A stretch of DNA of 64,000 bases from Felis catus. Lineage: Eukaryota. Every line of letters begins with the position of its first letter. The first letter of the stretch is position 1. Made by a program: the position numbers and the translations under genes. Shown in pieces: positions 13,101 to 26,928 of the stretch. The DNA is taken from positions 26,228,001-26,292,000 of the forward strand of contig NC_058369.1 in the NCBI RefSeq assembly GCF_018350175.1, in the 5' to 3' direction. The notes beneath the pieces are model-generated. The model searched no databases, was not told where the DNA came from, and saw nothing but the letters and a program-made list of their open reading frames with translations.

Positions 13101-15986
13101 TTCTGCCCATCCCCCCTTATGCATGCTCTCTCTCAAAAATAAATACATTTTTTAAAAAGGAAGGAAGCAAGCAAGCAAGCATTAGTTTCTTCACCCAGGG
13201 CCTGTCCATATTTGACCTGTTCAGGGGAAGTGTACAACAGGGTTCTCTATAAGTCCATGCCTTTACTAAATTCATCAGGCTAGGGGTGCCTGGGTGCTAA
13301 GTGGGTTAAGCATTTGACTTCTGCTCAGGTCATGATCTCACGGTCCATGCGTTCAAGCCCCGTCCATGTCAGGCTCTGTGCTGATCCTGGAGCCTGTTTC
13401 AGATTCCATGTCTCCTTCTCTCTCTGCCCCTTCCCTTCTCAGGCTTTGTCTCTCTCTGTCTTGCAAAAATAAATAAAATGTTAAAATTTTTTTTTCTTTA
13501 ATTGATCAGGCTCTACAAAAACTCCTAATTGAAGTTCGTTCTGCAATTAAATGGGAGGTGGAGCCAGATAAAACTTTCCCCCAAAGTGATGGAGAGGTCC
13601 ATAACAGGCATTGGCAAAGCCATGATGCCTCTTTTTGATGATTAGACCTTGGGGCTACCATCCCCAGTGTCAGGGTCAGTGAAATAATGGCTTTGGGCAT
13701 AAAATGTTCTAGTTCCTAGTCAAAAGGAACATCACGTAATTAACCTCCTGCAGCTCAGGAATCGGAATTCATAGTAACCCTCAGCAGTTTTTAGGGACTT
13801 TGTGTGATTTGGAAAAGTCCTCTTGAAGGTGACAGTTCCTATTTTCATTGACTCTTTTGTGACCAATGTTCAAACAGATTTCTAAAATTCTCTTCAGTCT
13901 GAAAGTAATTTGCTTACCCCTTGACAGTGAGGCCTTTTTAGCATGGTGAATTGTACCCTGCGTTAAATAGGTGACTCCTCCAGGGAGTTTTGTAATTACT
14001 GAAAGAGAAAAGTCAGCTCTCTTACAGCATCATTGGGAATGGTTGACTGTCCCCAAAACAAACAGGACTGAGCCCGTTTTGTAACTTAGTTTTTCATTCA
14101 TTCATTTGCACCGTATTTGTGTCCTGTACTATTCTTGGGGCGCTGAGAAAGAACATATACGGACTGGCCTGACCCTCAAGGAGCTCTAGTTCTAGGAGAA
14201 AACAGGCCAGTGACTTAAGTGTGCTGAACAGTGTTTATAGTGATTGAGAAGCTGAGAGGCCAGTTGAATCAGAAACACAGACAGTGCTTCTGCCCCTGAG
14301 AGGGCTTTCCTTCCTGCAGATTCAGCATGGTACCCACAAAGAGCCTGTGCATGTGACTGAGAACCATCTAACCCACCTATATATTCGTCTGTCTCCTCCA
14401 CTTCCCCCTAGACTGTGAGGGGCTTGTTTCACCAACCCCTTGTAGAGGACAGAACATAAATGGAGATGCCATAGCGTCATGGAGAAATTAGGAGTGATGA
14501 CAAGTGTAGGTATTTAACAGCAGAGAGCTTATGAAGATTGAAAAAAAGGCCATTAAAAAAAAAATTAGACGACCTATAGCATGGTGCAGAGGGGGTGGGT
14601 CCAAGGAGAAACCTGTTTTGTAATCTTGATTCAACCGGCTGAGTGACTTTGGGCAAGTTACTTAGCCTCTCTGTGCCTTACTTTTCCCAGCCTATAAAAT
14701 GAAATAAAACACCCTGCCTGTTTGACAGGACTGGTGTGCTATACCAAGGGTTGATCACTTTCTGCCAGCAGGCCAAAGAGCCTGCAGCCTCTTTCTAACA
14801 AAGTCTTGTTGGAATAGTCACTCCCATTTATTGCATGCTGTGTCAGACGTGCTCTCGGAGCTGGGGACACACGATAGTCCCTGCCCTCCTGGTGCTCCCA
14901 TTCTAGCCTTCAGATGTGTTCATCTAGTCTTCAAGAAGACCTCAGAAAGTACAATGCAAATTCTACCGTTTTGATTTGTTCCCTCTTAACTTTTTATTGT
15001 ATGGGACTTATTTTTGAATAGGCTATTATACATATATGTGATAATAACCAAAAGGTTTAAAAAGGTACATGGTAAAAAAACAAGTTTTCCTTCTATCCTT
15101 AACACCCCAGCTACTTGTTCCCCACCTTAGATGAACTGTTACTGATTTGTTAACACATCCTTTCCGTGATAGTAGCATTCACGCGCACACATAGATGGTT
15201 TCCATTTCTGTCTGTCTTTTAGGTTCTCTGTCCTAAGTTTTAATTTTTATTTATTTATTTTTAAAGTTTATTTATTTATTGGGGGGCAGGGGTAAAGAGA
15301 GGGAGAGAGAGAAAATCCCAAGCAGGCTGTGCACTGCCCGATGTGCAGAGCCTGATGCAGGGCTTAATTGACTAAGCTACCCAGGCACCCCTTAATTTTT
15401 AATTTTTAAAAATTGCAAACTTATAGAAAAGCTGAAAGAATATTACCATGTAACCTTCACCTGGATTCACCAGAGGTTAACATTTGCCACATTTGCTTTA
15501 ATGTTCTCTCTTTTCCCCTTCTCCAGTGACTTTTTTTTCTCAATTTTTAAAAGTGAGTAGCAGAAATGAACATTGAGTAGCAGATATCACTATTCTTCAC
15601 CCCTTAATACTTCAGCAGACGTCTCCTAAGAGCAAAGATTTTCTACGTATAAACGTAACCACAATTTCGTCACACTCAAGAATTGTGTCACTGATACAGT
15701 AATGCTATCTCATATCTGTTCTCAGATTTCCCCCATTTGTTTTAACAACATCCTTTATAGCTTAAAAAAAATTCAGGATCCTCTCAAGGATTCTTTATTA
15801 TATTTAGTTGTTATGCCTATTTAGATTTTTTGAGCACTTGGTCAGCTTTTGTTTCCTCCTGACTTTAACCCTCATTCTGGGTCCTTCTCCCTTCCACTTT
15901 GCCTTTTCCCCTTTTCTCTTGAGACAGAGTTTCAATGCTGTCACTCTCTTTAGCCCTGCAGGTGTCTGCCAGCCTTAAAGAGCAGG

Positions 15987-16105
15987 ATGGATCTTGATGT
16001 GGTCAACATGTTTGTGATCGCAGGTGGGACGCTGGCCCTCCCCATCCTGGCATTTGTAGCCTCATTTCTCCTTTGGCCGTCAGCGCTGATAAAGATCTAT
16101 TACTG
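15987..16105 (+). CDS. ABHD6: ABHD6 coding exon 1 (exon starts 15962; N-terminal transmembrane helix)
   Basis: Acceptor ctgcag| at 15961, ATG at 15987 (gcaggATGg), MDLDVVNMFVIAGGTLALPILAFVASFLLWPSALIKIYY(W), donor TG|gtaagt. Confidence 0.97.
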
Positions 16106-18102
16106 GTAAGTTAATTTTATAATTGAAGTATTCAAGAGTATCATAATAATAGTGTCATCTTCTCTGGTGGTGACTTTTGCCCTTTTGTTGGTGGTGGTTC
16201 AACATTTTACCATGAACTATTTCAAATATACAGAAAAGTTCAAAGATGTCCTGTTTTGAGTTTGGGGAGTATTCTTGAAGAATTGGTGGTAACTCCTCAC
16301 CAGGTAAATTCTTTCTGGTTTCTGATAGTATCTTTGCCTGGGAGGCTGCCCTCACTCCCAAAGTCACTGATTCTGTCTGCAGGCAAGAATTGTGCATGTT
16401 TATGGGAGCTCTTTTGATATTTTCTTGGTCATTGGATTCTTAAATTTTTTTTGTTTATTTATTTTTGAGAGAAAGAGACATAAAGTGTGATGGGGGAGGG
16501 GCAGAGAGAGAGGGAGACACAGAATCTGAAGCAGGCTCCAGGCTCTGAGCTGTCAGCACAGCGCCTGACAAGGGGCTCAAACCATGAGCTGCGAGATCAT
16601 GACCTGAGCCAAAGTCGACGCTTAATTGACTGAGCCACCCAGTGCCCCATCTTGGCCATTGGATGCTAACCCAGTGATATCCTGACCGGTGTAGAGATGT
16701 GCACTGAAAAATGAATTAGAAAGACCAGGGCCAAGGAGATGGCCTGGGTGGGACAGAATGGTTTTAGATATGTTCTAAACATGTTCATTAGTAAAGTGAC
16801 AGAAAGAAAAAGAAGTTTCCAAAATTTTTATCATTCTTGTACCATCTTTATGATTCTTGTCCTATCTGTATAACATCTCTACTTTCCTTTTGTATTTTCT
16901 TTAGAGTTAAGTCCCTCTTTTTACCTTAAATCAATTTAAGAGTGATCTCAATATCGCTGCTGTAAAGCAGAAATTTCTGTTTGCTGTACTTGCCATAAAT
17001 AGTAAAATAATACTAAAAAATTAAATAAGCACAATGTCCTTAAACAGTGTTTTAATTCTACCCTGCCAAAAATACGGCCACTCCTTTGTCTTTGTTACAA
17101 AGTCTAGAGAGGGGTGAAAGATACGGCAGCCCGAACACAGCCTTCCTCACTGATGGAATCAGAAGATTAACAGTGAAGGGAGATTTGCTTTCTCATGATG
17201 TGCTTCAGTGGTTTTTCATGCCGTGGTCCATTTACCAAATAAAATCACCCCTCGTGCCCAGTGGTGTGTGTCCCCTGGCAAAGGCAGTACTGAAATAGAC
17301 CTGGTTCCTCTCTGTGCCGCCGGGAAAAGTGAAGCACAAGGAGATTTAACCAGGACCCTGGCGGTTAGAATTGCCTTCCAGGCACGGAGAAAAGAATGCA
17401 GGGAGGTTGAGCTCGTGCCCTTTATCTGCTCTCCTTTCCGGCTCCCTTTTGTTTCATTAGCGTGTGGAATTTTCCGCCTGCCAGCCAAGCTCTGATCCTC
17501 GAAAAGAAGCTAATTGAACCGAAGGGAGCTATTCATCCCGTGCTCTCCGTCTCCTTCTTGGAGGAGGGTGCAGTGGTGGTGACCCTTTCAGAGGGTCACC
17601 CGGGACGTACCTCTGCAATGACGGAGCTGAGATTCTGGCCACTTAAGTGCCATTGCCCTGCAGCATTGACAGCAGGGTTCCTTTGGGGCTAAGGCTCCCG
17701 TGTGACCCCTGACAAGGAGAGGCCAGGGTCGTGTACCCCTTGTGGCCCTGCAGAGGCACCATGGACCTCCACACACAAATGCCATCTTTCTTAAATCAAG
17801 GCAGAGAATGCAGTTCAGTGATGTGGCCTGTAACCATGGATATGGCTACATACAGAGGTGTGATTATATAAAGGCTAATTCTACCCACCACGTGCAGAAA
17901 TCCCACTCCATGCCGCATAGTCCCTCAACCTCCAAACTCCTTCAAGGAGAAGGCTTTTCAGGGTCAAGACGGTCAGAATAATTTTGACATTTGACCTCAT
18001 AGCAAATAATTCACTTTTTTATTGAGTTATAATTCACATAACATAAAAATCACCGTTTTAAAATGTATATAATTCAGTAGTTTTAATATATTCGCAGCGT
18101 TG

Positions 18103-18460
18103 TGGTGCCTGGATGGCTCAGTCAGAACAGCTTGCGACGCTTGATCTTGGGGTCGTGAGTTTGAGTCCCACGTTGGGTATAGAGATTACTAAAAAAAAAT
18201 AAAAAATAAAAACTTAAAAAAATATATATCTAGGGGCGCCTGGGTGGCACAGTCGGTTAAGCGTCCGACTTCAGCCAGGTCACGATCTCACGGTCTGTGA
18301 GTTCGAGCCCCGCGTCGGGCTCTGGGCTGATGGCTCGGAGCCTGGAGCCTGTTTCCGATTCTGTGTCTCCCTCTCTCTCTGCCCCTCCCCCGTTCATGCT
18401 CTGTCTCTCTCTGTCCCAAAAATAAATAGACGTTGAAAAAAAAATTAAAAAAAATATATA
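18103..18460 (+). mobile_element. short older SINEC with a young SINEC_Fc (18233-18450) inserted in its tail, inside an old minus-strand L1
   Basis: Two SINE heads at 18103 and 18233. Flanking L1M 3'-end motifs such as ttcatccatgttgtagcatgtatcagtacttcatt. Confidence 0.85.
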
Positions 18461-20658
18461 TATATCTATTCACAGGGTTGTGTACCTGTTACCACCAAAT
18501 AATTCCATAGCATTTTCATCTTCCCAAAAGGAATCCCCATAACTGTTCACAGTCACTCAGAGTTTCCCCGTCCCTTCATTCCCTGGCAACTATAACTGTT
18601 TTCTGTCCCTTTGGATTTGCCTGTTTTGGCCATTTCATATACATGCGATCATACAGCTTGTGGCCCTTAATGTCTCATTTCTTTCACTTAGCATGTTTTC
18701 AAGTTTCATCCATGTTGTAGCATGTATCAGTACTTCATTCATTATTATGGCTGGATAGTTATCCATTGTATGGTTATATACATATTATCTATTTAAATGG
18801 ATATTTGTGTAGTTCCCACTTTTTGGCTATTGCGAATAATGCCATATAGCAAATAATTCATTTTTATTAACAAATAATACCAGTAAAGCACTGAGAGGCC
18901 CCACAGAGCAGAACATTCAGTCTCTTATTAAATGACAGTGCAGAGGCATGTGATCTTAAAGCCTGCTCATGCCTGTCACTCGGCTTAGAGCTGTAGCCAG
19001 AGGACAAACACAGTGCTGCCCTTTATTTTATGTACTCAAGCACACAGGCCAAGAAGAAACCCAGCTGGTTGGAGAGAATGAAAATCCTAGAAAACCTTTT
19101 GGTTCATGCCAGGTCATGTTGGAACATGGGGGTTGTGATTATGGTACTAGAACCCATGATGCCATTGCGGAGAGCTGTCGGAAACCCTGTGAGTTGCTCT
19201 TCCCGCCCCACCGAAATGCACAGCCTGTTTCCTTCAACTCACCTCATTGCAGGTGACATTTACACAGTGGGTGTCATAGGATGAACAGCTTTACCGTGAG
19301 TCACTTATGTTCCTTAACCGCAGTTATTTCTCCAAATGCCTTTAGCTGCTCAGCTGCCCATAATGACCACGGATGGATTCACTCTGCAGAGCTAGGTCAG
19401 CCAGGTTAATTGTCAGGGTCACTACATGAACAGGAACAGCAGGCAGTAGAGGTAGCTAGGCGTCCCAAACACCCCAAGCTGCCCTGCCAGATGCCCATGA
19501 GGGTGTGGTGTGACCATCACAGCAGGCTGTCTTCTGGACTTCTCCCTGGGGTCTTCTGAGCCCCTTAGGGAACAGGAACAGGCATCCCCCGTAGACCATG
19601 GCTGGTCTTCAGAACAGCTCTCTCTATGACTCAGTGTCCCTGGAGCATGACGGGCCTGTCTGCATAGTGATGTGGACCATGGTCGCCCCTGTAGGAGGCA
19701 TCAGATGCTTTGCTTTGAGTCAGCAGAGGACCACAATTAGAGGGGCTGGGGCCACTGTGGGTGACATCAGAGACAGCTCTTATTTTCATCGGGCCAAATA
19801 TTAAGACTGCTCACAGGATGAAGGAGAGAGAGATCTTTAAAGATTTTTACTTCCCAAAGAAACTCAGTTGTGAAAGGAAGATAAGGAATTATAAATGTAA
19901 GAGAAAAAAAACGGACAAGAATTGAAAAAGAAAACTAACATTGTTTGCAGATGACATGATTGTGTTCACAGAAAGTACAAAAGAATCTATAGATAAATTG
20001 TTGGAATTAATAAATATTTGGCAAGATTGCTGAATATAAGGTAAGTAAACAAAAATCAGTTATATTCTTATATGACAGCAACAAAAAATAGAAAATGAAA
20101 AAAATTGTAATGATACTAATCACCATTGTATCAACAAATATAGAATACCGAATTTATCTTAAGAATAAATCTAAAGAACAATGTAGAAGGCCTCTGGACA
20201 GGAAAATACAAAGTACTAGAGAAATTCTGAAAGACCTAAAGTAACGGAGATGTAGACAGTATTTGTGAGTTGAAAGACTTTCTATCATAGGGATGTCAGA
20301 TTACCCTGAAATGATGTATAGATTCAATGTACACCCATTTAAAATCCCAGCAGGGTTTTTTTTTTTAATGTAATTTAATAAACTGCTTCTTAAATGTATA
20401 AAGAAAAGTAAAGAGCCAGTTGAGCAAGAGTCTTTGTTTTCTTTAAAAAAATTTTTTTAACAGTGTGCCTGGGTGGCTCAGTTAGTTGAGCGTCTGACTT
20501 CAGTTCGGGTCATGATCTCACGGTTCATGAGTTTGAGCCCTGCATTGGGCTGCCTGCTGTCAGTACAGAGCCCACTTTGGATCTTCTGTCCCCCTCTCTC
20601 TCTGCTCCCTCCTCTCTCAAAAATAAATAACATTTTTTAAAGTTTATTTATTTATTTT

Positions 20659-20689
<31 letters not shown>

Positions 20690-21556
20690 GAGGGGCAGAG
20701 AGAGAGAGAAGGGAGAGAGAGAATCCTGAGCAGGCTTTGCACTCTCAGCCCAGAGTCCGACACCAGGCTTGATCTCAGGAACCGTGAGATCATGACCTGA
20801 GCCACAACCAAGAGTTAGATGCTTAACCATCTGAGCCCAGAGGTGCCCCAAGCAAGACAGTCTTGAAGAAGAACAATGCTAGATGATTTACATGACCAGC
20901 TGTCAAACCTAATTATAAAGCAACAGTAAGTCCAGGCTTTGTAAAGAAGGCATAAAGAGGGGCACCTGGGTGGCTCAGTCGGTTAAGCGGCCGACTTCAG
21001 CTCAGGTCATGATCTCGTGGTCCGTGAGTTCGAGCCCCACATCGGGCTCTGTGCTGACAGCTCAGAGCCTGGAGCCTGCTTCCGATTCTGTGTCTCCCTC
21101 TCTCTCTGACCCTCCCCTGTTCATGCTCTGTCTGTCTCTGTCTCAAAAATAAATAAATGTTAAAAAAAAAAAAAAGGCATAAAGAAGGAAAGGGGCATCT
21201 GGGTGGCTCGGTTGAGCATCTTGATTTCATCTTAGGTCATGATTCCAGGGTCATGGAATTGAGCCCTGCGTTGGGCTCCATGCTCAGTGTGGAGCCTGCT
21301 TGAAATTGTCACCATCTCTCTCTCTTGGCCCCCCCTTCCCTGCTCAAGATCTCTTTCTCTGTCTCTCTCTAAAAAAAAAAAAAGAAGAAGAGGAAGAAGA
21401 AGGACAAAAAAACCCAGAGGGACAGGAGAGCACAGTAACAGATGCACATAGATACAGTCTCTTGAATTACGATAATGGTAGCACTGCTTTGCAGTGGGGA
21501 AAGGGGGCTGTGTCAACTAGATAACCATCCGGAAAAAAAGTTAATCTTGACCTCTT

Positions 21557-22012
21557 TGGTAGGCAAAATTACAACAGCCCCACAAAGATCTACCTCTCTA
21601 ATCCCCAGAACCTATGAATATGATGGCAAATCATTTCCATAGTTCTGTTGTATACAATTGACCTAAAGATAAGGAGATTATCCAAGGAGGCCTGATTGAA
21701 TCATATCAGCCTTTAAAAGTGAAGGGGTGGGTGGGTGATGGGTATTGAGGAGGGCACCTTTTGGGATGAGCACTGGGTGTTGTATGGAAACCAATTTGAC
21801 AATAAATTTCATATATTGAAGAAAAAAAAATAAAAGTGAAGGGGTTCAGGGGTGCCTGGGTGGCTCAGTCAGTTGAGCATCCAACTTTGGCTCCGGTCAT
21901 GATCTCGCACTTCACAAGTTTGAGCCCTCTGTTGGGCTCTGTGCTAGCAATTCAGAGCCTGGACCCTGCTTCAGATTCTGTCTCCCTCTCTTTCTGCCCC
22001 TCCCCCACTCAT

Positions 22013-22074
<62 letters not shown>

Positions 22075-22465
22075 AAAAATAAACATTAAAAAGTGAAGGG
22101 GTTCAAAGCATGAGAAAGATTCAGTGCTATGGCTAGTTTGAAGTCGGAGAGGGCCCCATGAGAAGGAATGCCAGTGGACTCTGAGAGCAGACAGCCCCTG
22201 GCTGGCAGCCAGCAAGGCAGCAGGGATCTCAGTCCTAAACCACGAGGAACTGAATTCTGCTAATAACCTAAATAAGCTTAGAAGCTGATTCTTTCCCAGA
22301 GCTTCTAGATCAGAGCCAGCTGATGCCTTGATTTCAGCTTTGTGATACCTTCAGGAGAGAACTCTGGTAAGCTCACTCCTGACCCATAGAACTGTGAGCC
22401 AATAAATGAGTTTTTTTAAGCTGCTTAACTTGGTAATTTGTAATGTAGCAATAAAAAAGAATACG
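21557..22465 (+). mobile_element. MLT1 (MaLR) solo LTR interrupted by an L1 fragment and a SINE
   Basis: tggtaggcaaaatt...atccccagaacctatgaatatg...ggagattatcc...gaactgaattctgctaataacc...tggtaatttgt...gcaata. Confidence 0.8.
21729..21830 (+). mobile_element. 5'-truncated young felid L1 (last ~100 nt of the 3'UTR) with TSD
   Basis: gggtgatgggtattgaggagggcacc...gggatgagcactgggtgttgtatggaaaccaatttgacaataaa plus A tail. TSD taaaagtgaaggggt at 21714-21728 and 21831-21845. Confidence 0.9.
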
Positions 22466-22964
22466 GCCTCATCTACAACCTTGTGCCATGCACAAAAATC
22501 AAATGCAGGTGGATTATAGATCTAAATGAAACAAAGCTTTTATAAGAAAGCATAGAAAAACCATGGGGTGCCTGGGTGGCTCGGTTGGTTACATGTTCAT
22601 CTGTTGACTTTGACTCAGGTCATGATCTCATGGTTCATGGTATCAAGCCCCACGTCAGGCTTTGCACCGACGGTACAGAACCTGTTTGGGATTCTCTCTC
22701 CCCCTTTCTCTGTTCCTCCCCACTCGTGTGCTCTCTCTCTCTCTCTCAAAATAAATGAATAAATATTTTTTAAAAAAGAAAACATAGAAAAACCTCACAA
22801 TATGGGGTATTAAAATGGCCAGTAAACATATGTAATGGTGCTCAACTTCTCTGGCCATAAGGGGAATTTAATAAATTAAAACCAAAATGAGATGCCATTT
22901 CACAGCCACCAGGACGGCTGAAGTGAAGCAAGCTGACTATAATTCCAAGTATTGGCCAGAATGT

Positions 22965-23440
22965 TGTATTAGCTTCCCAGAGCTGCTGTGACAAATGACC
23001 ACAAACCGGGTGACATAAAACAACAGGAATTTGTTCTCTCACAGTTCTAGAGGTTAGAAATACTAAATCAAGGTGTTGGCAACGTTGGTTCTTTCTGGAG
23101 GCTCTGAGGGAGAATCTGTTCAGTGGCTCATCCCTAGCTGCTGGTGACTGTAAGAAATCCTGGGCATTCTCTAACTTGTAGATGTGTTCTTCATGTGTAG
23201 ATGGGTCACTCCACTGTCTGCCTCTGTATTTCACATGGTGTTCTTCCCTCTGTGTGTTTCTGTGTCCAAATTTCCTTCTTTTTATAAGGCACCAGTCATC
23301 TTGGACTTGGGCCCAACCCTAATCCAGTATGACCTTAACTCAACTTGATTATTTCTGGAAAGACCCTGTTTCCAAATAAGGTCATATCCATAGGTTCCAG
23401 ATAGACATGAATTTGGGGAGAATACTATTCAACCCAGTGC
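22965..23440 (-). mobile_element. MLT1 solo LTR (similar element at 44325-44780)
   Basis: tgtattagcttccc...acaaatgaccacaaac...ctcacagttctagaggttagaa...ccaaataaggtcat. Confidence 0.85.
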
Positions 23441-23534
23441 GGATGTGAAGCAACAAGAATCTGGCATATTGTTGATGAAAGTGTAAATTAGTTCATACTA
23501 ATTTCATACACTTCACACTTCATACAACAGAAGT

Positions 23535-23671
23535 GTGTATATGTGTGTGTGTGTATGTGTACATATATATATGTACACATATATATAAATATATACATAT
23601 ATATATATACATACACATACATATACATACACATACATATATATATATGTACACATACACACACACACACA
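23535..23671. repeat. compound (TG)/(TA)/(CA) microsatellite
   Basis: Read directly. Confidence 0.95.
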
Positions 23672-25174
23672 CCGAGACAGAGATCAGAAGACATATAAAA
23701 GAATATTCCATATCTGTTTCATTTGTAATACCTCCAAACTGGAAACACCAGTCTCCATTAATACTTTAACAGATAGGGGTGCCTGGGTGGCTCAGTCAGT
23801 TAAGCGTCCGACTTCGGCTCAGGTCATGATCTCATGGTTTGTGGGTTCGAGCCCTGTGTCAGACTGTGTGCTAACAGCTCAGAGCCTTGAGCCTGCTTCA
23901 GATTCTGTGTCTCCCTCTCTTTCTGCCCCTTCCCCACTCATGCTCTGTTTCTCTGTCTCTCACAAATAAATAAAGATAAAAAAAATACTTTAACAGATAA
24001 ATAAAAGTATAGCTGTAAAATTATTCATAGAGTATTCAGCGGAATACTATACAGCTATGAAAAGGAAAGACCTAGTGCTATATTCTATGATACAAACACA
24101 ATACTGAGTGAAAGAAATCTGATACAGACAAATACTTATTGTATGACAAAGTTCTAAAATAGTAAAACTTTCCTGAAGAGATAAAGTGAGGTAGTGGTTA
24201 CTGATGGGGAAAGACATGAGGTGGGCATCTGGGTTGCTGGTCATGTATTCTAGATCCTAATCTGGGTGGCAGATACTGGGTTCATTTTTTTTTAACCTAC
24301 CAAATGGGGCGCCTGGGTAGTTCAAGACAGTTCTGCATATTCATCAGGCTGTACACTTAAAATATGTACACATTTCTATATGATTTATACTTCAATTAAA
24401 AGTTTCTCTAAAAATTAGCAATGAAGGATTTAGAGAAATTGACCTCTCAGGTACTGCCAGTGGGAATGTAAAATTGTGCAACCACTTCTGGCAGTTCCTC
24501 AAAATGCGTTTTTTTAAAAAGCTGCCATATGGGATGCCTGGGTGGCTCAGTCAGTTAAGTGTCTGAATCTTGATTTCAACTCAGGTCATGATCTCACAGT
24601 TCATGGGTTTGAGCCTTGCGTCGGGCTCCACACTGTCAGCTCAGGATCCTCTCTCTCTGCCCTCCCCTACTCCTGTGCTCTCTCTCTCTCTTTCTGTCTC
24701 AAAATAAATAATAAAAATGAAAAATAATAATAAAAACCCTACCATATGATCCAGCAATTCTACTCTTTGGTGAACTGAGAACACCCATGAGAACTGAAAA
24801 CATATGTCCACAGAAAAAGTTGTATGTGAATGTTCATAGTGGTATTATTCCTAATGGCTAAAAAGTAGAAATAATTCACATGTTCGTGAGCTGATGACTG
24901 GATAAACAAATGTGCATATCCAGGTGATGGGATATTATTTAGCCTTAAAAAGGAATGGAGTACGAATACATTCCATAACAGAAGAACTTGAAAACATTAT
25001 GCTAAAGTGAAATAAGCCAAACACAGAAAGTCACAGATTGAATGACCCCATTGATATGAGATGTCCAGAATAAGCAGATCCATAGAGTAAAACATAAAGA
25101 GACCAGAAGGAAACTAGTAGTTGCTATGAGCTGTAGGGAGAGGGCAATGGAGAGTGAATGTTGATTGGTATGGA

Positions 25175-25176
25175 TT

Positions 25177-25227
<51 letters not shown>

Positions 25228-25245
25228 CTTTCTTTTCTTTCTTTT

Positions 25246-25293
<48 letters not shown>

Positions 25294-25309
25294 TTCTTTC
25301 TTTCTTTCC

Positions 25310-25348
<39 letters not shown>

Positions 25349-25362
25349 TTTATAAAGTTTAT

Positions 25363-25403
<41 letters not shown>
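25175..25403. repeat. (TTTC)n tract followed by (GA)n; tail and body of a minus-strand SINE
   Basis: Read directly. Source of the FLSF and KKER ORFs. Confidence 0.95.
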
Positions 25404-25408
<5 letters not shown>

Positions 25409-26884
25409 GGAAAGGGGCAGAGAGTGAGAGAGAATTCCAAGCAGGCTCGGCACCATCAGCACAGAACCCCACGTGAGGCTCAAGCTCATGAACCATGAGA
25501 TCATGACCTGAGCTGAAATCAAGAGTCAGATGCTCTACTGACTGAACCACCGAGGTGCCCCTTTCTTTCTTTTTTTAATTGTGGTAAAATATACATAACA
25601 TAAGATTTAGCATTCTACCTATTTTAATTTTTTTTAATGTTTATTTCTGAGACAGAGAAAGACAGAGCATGAGTGGGGGAGGGGCAGAGAGAGACGGAGA
25701 CACAGAATCCAAGGCAGGCTCCAGGCTCTGAGCTGTCAGCGCAGGGCCCGACGCGTGCTCAAACACATGAACCGTGAGATAATGATCTGCACCGAAGTTG
25801 GACACTTAACTGAGTCACCCAGGCGCCCCATCTTTCTACCCATTTTAAAGTGTACCGTTCAATCTGGTTTCTTTTTGGTGAAAATGTTCCAGAATTAGAG
25901 AGTGGTGATGGTTGCACTACTTTGTGAATATGCTTTAAAAAAAAAAACAAAAAACAATTGTACCTTTTAAAAGGGTGAGTTTAATGGTATGTCAATTATA
26001 TCTCAGTAAAAAGAAATCTATATGTAACATCCTAGTCATTTGGGAAAAGCAAATCAAAACCACAATGAGATACTGCACACCTGTCAGGGTGACTATTATT
26101 TCAGAAAAAAAATAAACGGAAAATAACATGTGTTGGTGAGGATATAGAGAAATCCTTGTGCATCGCTGGTACAAATGTAAAATAGTACAGCTGCTGTGAC
26201 AAATTTAGTGGCTCCTCAAAAAGTTAAACATAGAGTTACCATATGATCCAGCAATTATACTTCTGGGTATATACTCCAAAGAATTGAAAGCAGGGACTCA
26301 AACAGATATTTGTATACTGACGTTCATAGCAGCATTACTCACGATAGCCCAAAAAATGAAACTGCCCAAATATTCATCAACAGATGAGGGATAAACAAAA
26401 TATGGTGCCTAATAAAAGAGACATTACTCAGTTTTAAAAAGGAAGGAAATTTTGACACATGCTATAACATGGATGGACCTTGAAATCACTATGCTTAGCG
26501 AAATATGCCAGACACAAAAGAACAAATTTTGTATGATTCTGCTTATATGAGGTACCTAAAATAGGCAAATTCATAGAGACAGAAAGCAGAATAGAGGTTA
26601 TCAGGGGCTGAGGGGAGAAGGGGAATGGAGAGTAATTATTTAATGGTTATAGCATTTCTATTTGGGATGATGAAAAAGTTCTAGAATGGACGATGGTGTT
26701 GGTTGATGTGCAACATTGTGAATGTACTTCATGCCATTGAATTGTATGGTTAAAATGGTGAATCTTCTGTTATGTATATTTTGCCACAATAAAAAAAAAG
26801 AGAAATATTTAAGTCCTTTTCTTTAGAGGTTCTTGTAATCTAGTAAGTCTGAGACTTGTAGGATGAAGGGTTTGGACCCTGGAA

Positions 26885-26928
<44 letters not shown>

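Noticed and set aside
24306..24325. Isolated ~20-nt SINE head
   Set aside because: Probably a deletion remnant inside an old L1, too short to interpret.
25114..25550. Overlapping KKER and FLSF ORFs
   Set aside because: Translations of (TTTC)n and (GA)n repeats.
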